Origin: Bacteroides sp.
Lineage (GTDB): Bacteria; Bacteroidota; Bacteroidia; Bacteroidales; Muribaculaceae
Assembly (NCBI GenBank): GCA_014801875.1
Contig: JAAVDJ010000005.1
Location: 70,294-134,293 of the forward strand
Reading direction: 5' to 3'
DNA: 64,000 nucleotides
In this document: piece by piece, positions 60,485-64,000 of the stretch
How the letters are laid out: the number at the start of each line of letters is the position of its first letter
Numbering within the stretch: position 1 is the first letter of the stretch
Position numbers and translations under genes: made by a program
Notes under the pieces: generated by a model
Databases searched by the model: none
Seen by the model: the letters and a program-made list of their open reading frames with translations, nothing else
What the model was told of the DNA's origin: nothing

Positions 60485-62083
60485 ATGAGCGAAGAACTTA
60501 ATAAAGAAATTAAACGTAGACGCACTTTTGCGATTATATCTCATCCGGATGCCGGAAAGACAACCTTGACCGAAAAGCTTCTTCTTTTCGGAGGTGCAAT
60601 TCATGTGGCTGGTGCCGTAAAAAGCAACAAAATTAAAAAAACAGCTACCTCCGACTGGATGGAAATCGAAAAGCAGAGGGGTATTTCTGTGGCGACCTCT
60701 GTGATGGGGTTCAATTATGGAGATTACAAGATCAATATTCTTGATACTCCGGGTCACCAGGATTTTGCGGAAGATACTTTCCGCACACTCACTGCTGTTG
60801 ATTCAGTCATAATTGTTGTCGATGTGGCAAAAGGTGTGGAAACTCAGACACGACGTCTTATGGAAGTGTGCCGTATGCGCAACACTCCTGTCATCATTTT
60901 TGTCAACAAACTTGACCGTGAAGGCCGTGACCCTTTTGATATTCTTGACGAGCTTGAACAGGAACTCAAAATCAATGTCCGTCCTCTTACATGGCCAATC
61001 AACATTGGTGCGAAATTCAAAGGTGTGTATAACATCTATGAGCAGGGTCTTGATTTATTCACCCCCTCCAAACAAACAATCAGCGAACGCATAGAAATTG
61101 AGAATGTTGATTCCCCCCTTGTTGATGAACTCATTGGAGCTGCCGATGCAGAGAAACTGAGAGAAGATCTTGAGCTGATTGATGGTGTTTATCCTGAGTT
61201 TGACGAGAAGGCTTATCTCGAGGGGAAGGTGGCACCTGTATTCTTTGGGTCTGCGCTTAATACATTTGGCGTTAAGGAGTTGCTTGATTGTTTTGTAAAG
61301 ATAGCTCCCAGTCCCAGACCGGTAGATGCCGTTGAACGCACTGTCAATCCTGAAGAAGAAGGTTTCACTGGTTTTGTTTTCAAGATTCATGCTAATATGG
61401 ATCCCAACCATCGCTCCTGCATTGCTTTTGTGAAGATATGTTCAGGTAAATTTGAAAGAAATGTGAACTATCGACATGTTCGTAATGACAAAATGATGCG
61501 TTTTGCCGCTCCAACCGCATTCATGGCTCAGAAGAAAAATGTGGTTGACGAGGCTTTCCCTGGTGACATTGTCGGTATCCCGGACACAGGAAACTTTAAG
61601 ATAGGTGATACTTTGACTTCCGGTGAACTTCTACATTTTAAAGGACTCCCCTCTTTCTCTCCTGAAATGTTTAAATACATTGAAAATGCCGATCCCATGA
61701 AACAGAAGCAACTGGATAAAGGCATTAAACAACTTATGGATGAAGGTGTCGCTCAGCTTTTCACAAATAGCTTCAATGGTAGAAAAATCATTGGAACAGT
61801 AGGACAGCTTCAGTTTGAAGTGATTCAATATCGTCTCCTTCATGAATATGGCGCACAATGCCGCTGGGAACCAATCTCTCTATATAAAGCCTGTTGGATT
61901 GATAGCGATGATCCGGCTGCTTTGGAGGCTTTCAAGAAAAGGAAACATCAGTTTATGGCAAAGGATAAGGATGGCCGGGATGTTTTCCTTGCTGATTCCA
62001 ATTATGTCCTCCAGATGGCTCGTGCAGATTTCCCAAAAATCAGATTTAGATTCAGCAGCGAACTTGGATATGCAGATGAATGA
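60485..62083 (+). CDS. prfC: Peptide chain release factor 3
   Basis: [32 protein letters not shown] and GQLQFEV motifs. Confidence 0.98.
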   Translation: MSEELNKEIKRRRTFAIISHPDAGKTTLTEKLLLFGGAIHVAGAVKSNKIKKTATSDWMEIEKQRGISVATSVMGFNYGDYKINILDTPGHQDFAEDTFRTLTAVDSVIIVVDVAKGVETQTRRLMEVCRMRNTPVIIFVNKLDREGRDPFDILDELEQELKINVRPLTWPINIGAKFKGVYNIYEQGLDLFTPSKQTISERIEIENVDSPLVDELIGAADAEKLREDLELIDGVYPEFDEKAYLEGKVAPVFFGSALNTFGVKELLDCFVKIAPSPRPVDAVERTVNPEEEGFTGFVFKIHANMDPNHRSCIAFVKICSGKFERNVNYRHVRNDKMMRFAAPTAFMAQKKNVVDEAFPGDIVGIPDTGNFKIGDTLTSGELLHFKGLPSFSPEMFKYIENADPMKQKQLDKGIKQLMDEGVAQLFTNSFNGRKIIGTVGQLQFEVIQYRLLHEYGAQCRWEPISLYKACWIDSDDPAALEAFKKRKHQFMAKDKDGRDVFLADSNYVLQMARADFPKIRFRFSSELGYADE

Positions 62084-62759
62084 AATTCTGGCTTTTCTCC
62101 GAGAATTGACAGCCAACAATAATCGGGATTGGTTTAATGAAAACAAGGAAACATATCAGGAAGTTAAACGGATGGTCGATTCCATCACGCAGGATTTGAT
62201 TAATCGAATCTCAAAGTTTGAACCCCAAGCCGCAATGCTTTCTGTCTCCGATTGCACATATAGAATTTATAGAGACGTCAGATTTTCTACTGACAAATCT
62301 CCTTATAAAACTCATATTGGCATTTTTATTAATCCCCCTTTTGGGAAGAAAAGTTTGAGATCCGGTTTTTATCTGCATTTGGAGCCAAACGAGTCTGCCG
62401 TTTATATTGGCACATATTGTCTTCCCTCAAAATATCTCGCAGCCATAAGGAGAGATATTTTCGAGAATGTAGATGAATATTTGGAAATAATTGAGAATCC
62501 GGAATTCAAAAACATCTTTCCAACTGTCGGAGAGAATCCTCTCAAGACAGCTCCTAAAGGGTTTCCGAAAGATTGGGAACATATTTCTCTTTTAAAACCA
62601 AGAGATTATGCAGTTAAGCATAGTCTTTCGGATAGGGAGTTGAACAGTCCGAAAGCATTGGATAAAATTGTGGATATGTTTAGAATTTCCAAACCCTTCA
62701 ATGATTTCATAAATTTTGCAATTGATGAAGTCGGCAATGACGCTGATGTTCACAATTAA
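62076..62759 (+). CDS. DUF2461 (TIGR02453) family protein
   Basis: [32 protein letters not shown] and LKTAPKGF motifs; overlaps the prfC stop. Confidence 0.88.
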   Translation: MNEILAFLRELTANNNRDWFNENKETYQEVKRMVDSITQDLINRISKFEPQAAMLSVSDCTYRIYRDVRFSTDKSPYKTHIGIFINPPFGKKSLRSGFYLHLEPNESAVYIGTYCLPSKYLAAIRRDIFENVDEYLEIIENPEFKNIFPTVGENPLKTAPKGFPKDWEHISLLKPRDYAVKHSLSDRELNSPKALDKIVDMFRISKPFNDFINFAIDEVGNDADVHN

Positions 62760-62780
62760 CTGATAAGAACTGAAATAAAT

Positions 62781-63872
62781 ATGAAAAAGGAAAAAATAAT
62801 ATTGACCGGTGATCGTCCTACCGGGAAACTTCATTTAGGACACTTTGTTGGTTCTCTGCGCAGACGTGTGGAACTTCAAAATTCGGGTGAATTCGATAAG
62901 ATTTTCATCATGATTGCGGATGCGCAGGCTCTGACTGACAATGCAGACAATCCTGAGAAAATCAGACAAAATATTATTGAGGTTGCGCTTGATTATCTTT
63001 CCGCCGGGATTGATCCTTCTAAATCGACAATCTTCATTCAAAGCCAAGTGCCCGAACTCTGCGAACTGGCCTTCTATTATATGAATCTTGTCACCGTCAG
63101 TCGTGTCCAGAGAAATCCAACTGTAAAAACCGAGATAAAGATGAGAAACTTCGAACAGTCAATCCCTGTTGGGTTCTTCTGTTATCCGGTCAGTCAGGCT
63201 TCTGACATAACTGCTTTCAAGGCAACAACTGTTCCCGTTGGTGAAGACCAGGCTCCAATGATTGAGCTCACGAGAGAGATTGTTAATCGCTTTAATCACA
63301 TTTATGGCCCTACTCTGGTGGAACCTGAGATTCTTCTCCCAGACAACGCTGCATGTATGCGTCTGCCTGGTACAGATGGAAAAGCGAAAATGAGTAAATC
63401 TCTCGGGAATTGCATCTATCTGAGCGATACCCCTAAAGAGGTGAAGAAAAAGGTTAATAGTATGTACACTGATCCTGAACACCTCACGATTGATTCTCCG
63501 GGACATCTTGAGGGGAATTGTCCTTTTATCTATCTCGATGCTTTTGCAACAGATGACGATGTCAGAAGATTCCTTCCTGAATATGATAGCCTGAATGCTC
63601 TTAAAGATCATTACACTCGTGGTGGGCTTGGAGATGGGACGGTAAAAAAACTCCTGAATAAGGTCCTTGAGGAAATTCTTGTCCCTATAAGAGAGCGTAG
63701 AAAACAATTTGAACAGGATATACCTGCTGTCTATAATATCCTTAAAGAGGGTTCTGAAAGAGCTCGTGAAGTAGCTGCAAAAACCCTTGAAGAGGTTCGG
63801 GCTGCAATGAAAATTAATTATTTTACAGATGAAGAGCTGATTAAAGGTCAGGTGAATAAATTCAAAAACTGA
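62781..63872 (+). CDS. trpS: Tryptophan--tRNA ligase
   Basis: [20 protein letters not shown] and KMSKS motifs. Confidence 0.98.
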   Translation: MKKEKIILTGDRPTGKLHLGHFVGSLRRRVELQNSGEFDKIFIMIADAQALTDNADNPEKIRQNIIEVALDYLSAGIDPSKSTIFIQSQVPELCELAFYYMNLVTVSRVQRNPTVKTEIKMRNFEQSIPVGFFCYPVSQASDITAFKATTVPVGEDQAPMIELTREIVNRFNHIYGPTLVEPEILLPDNAACMRLPGTDGKAKMSKSLGNCIYLSDTPKEVKKKVNSMYTDPEHLTIDSPGHLEGNCPFIYLDAFATDDDVRRFLPEYDSLNALKDHYTRGGLGDGTVKKLLNKVLEEILVPIRERRKQFEQDIPAVYNILKEGSERAREVAAKTLEEVRAAMKINYFTDEELIKGQVNKFKN

Positions 63873-63920
63873 ACCAAATCATTCTTCTAAGCAACACGAT
63901 ATCTTAATTATATTATCTGT

Positions 63921-64000
63921 ATGAAAGTTTTAGTTATTAATGGAAGTCCACACCTTAACGGTTGCACAGACAGAGGTCTTCGAGAGGTTGAGGAATCTCT
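63921..64000 (+). CDS. Flavodoxin / NADPH-dependent FMN reductase family, 5' fragment
   Basis: MKVLVINGSPHLNGCT... runs off the right edge. Confidence 0.75.
   Translation, partial: MKVLVINGSPHLNGCTDRGLREVEES

Noticed and set aside
61842-62075. Long N-terminal extension of DUF2461 overlapping prfC
   Set aside because: The family signature starts at MNEIL (62076); the upstream part is an open alternative frame of prfC.

Overview
AT-rich chromosomal segment from an anaerobic Bacteroidales bacterium. The TAnnTTTG -7 promoters, the lipidated TamL and the DUF4922/DUF4924/DUF5106 genes support this; a Muribaculaceae-like gut lineage is an inference. It is mostly housekeeping: groES-groEL, ABC-F, pepO, aroE, comEC, mnmA, speA, truA, ligA, sbcCD, gcvT-H-PA-PB-lpdA, lolE, htpG, class I fumarase, tamL, prfC and trpS. 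I saw no transposase, integrase, phage gene, CRISPR array, rRNA or tRNA. Points of interest: (1) a Yersinia/Brucella-ure2-like urease (ureABC, ureC running off the left edge) and, 30 kb away, an operon of a K-channel-fold protein with a non-canonical TVGCN filter, a urea transporter and an MFS permease, a candidate ammonia/acid-resistance module; (2) an intact but catalytically dead ArgC next to an ArgR with an altered ligand pocket; (3) exact sigma-54 (-24/-12) motifs upstream of both groESL and htpG, with no CIRCE; (4) a putative peptidoglycan-salvage operon (amidase/FN3 protein, GT2, HIT-like DUF4922, AmpG) of unresolved chemistry; (5) a stand-alone Bacillus-type alpha-amylase; (6) several long perfect hairpins, one made from an inverted copy of the lolE 3' end. 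All family calls come from visual motif recognition; no searches were run.
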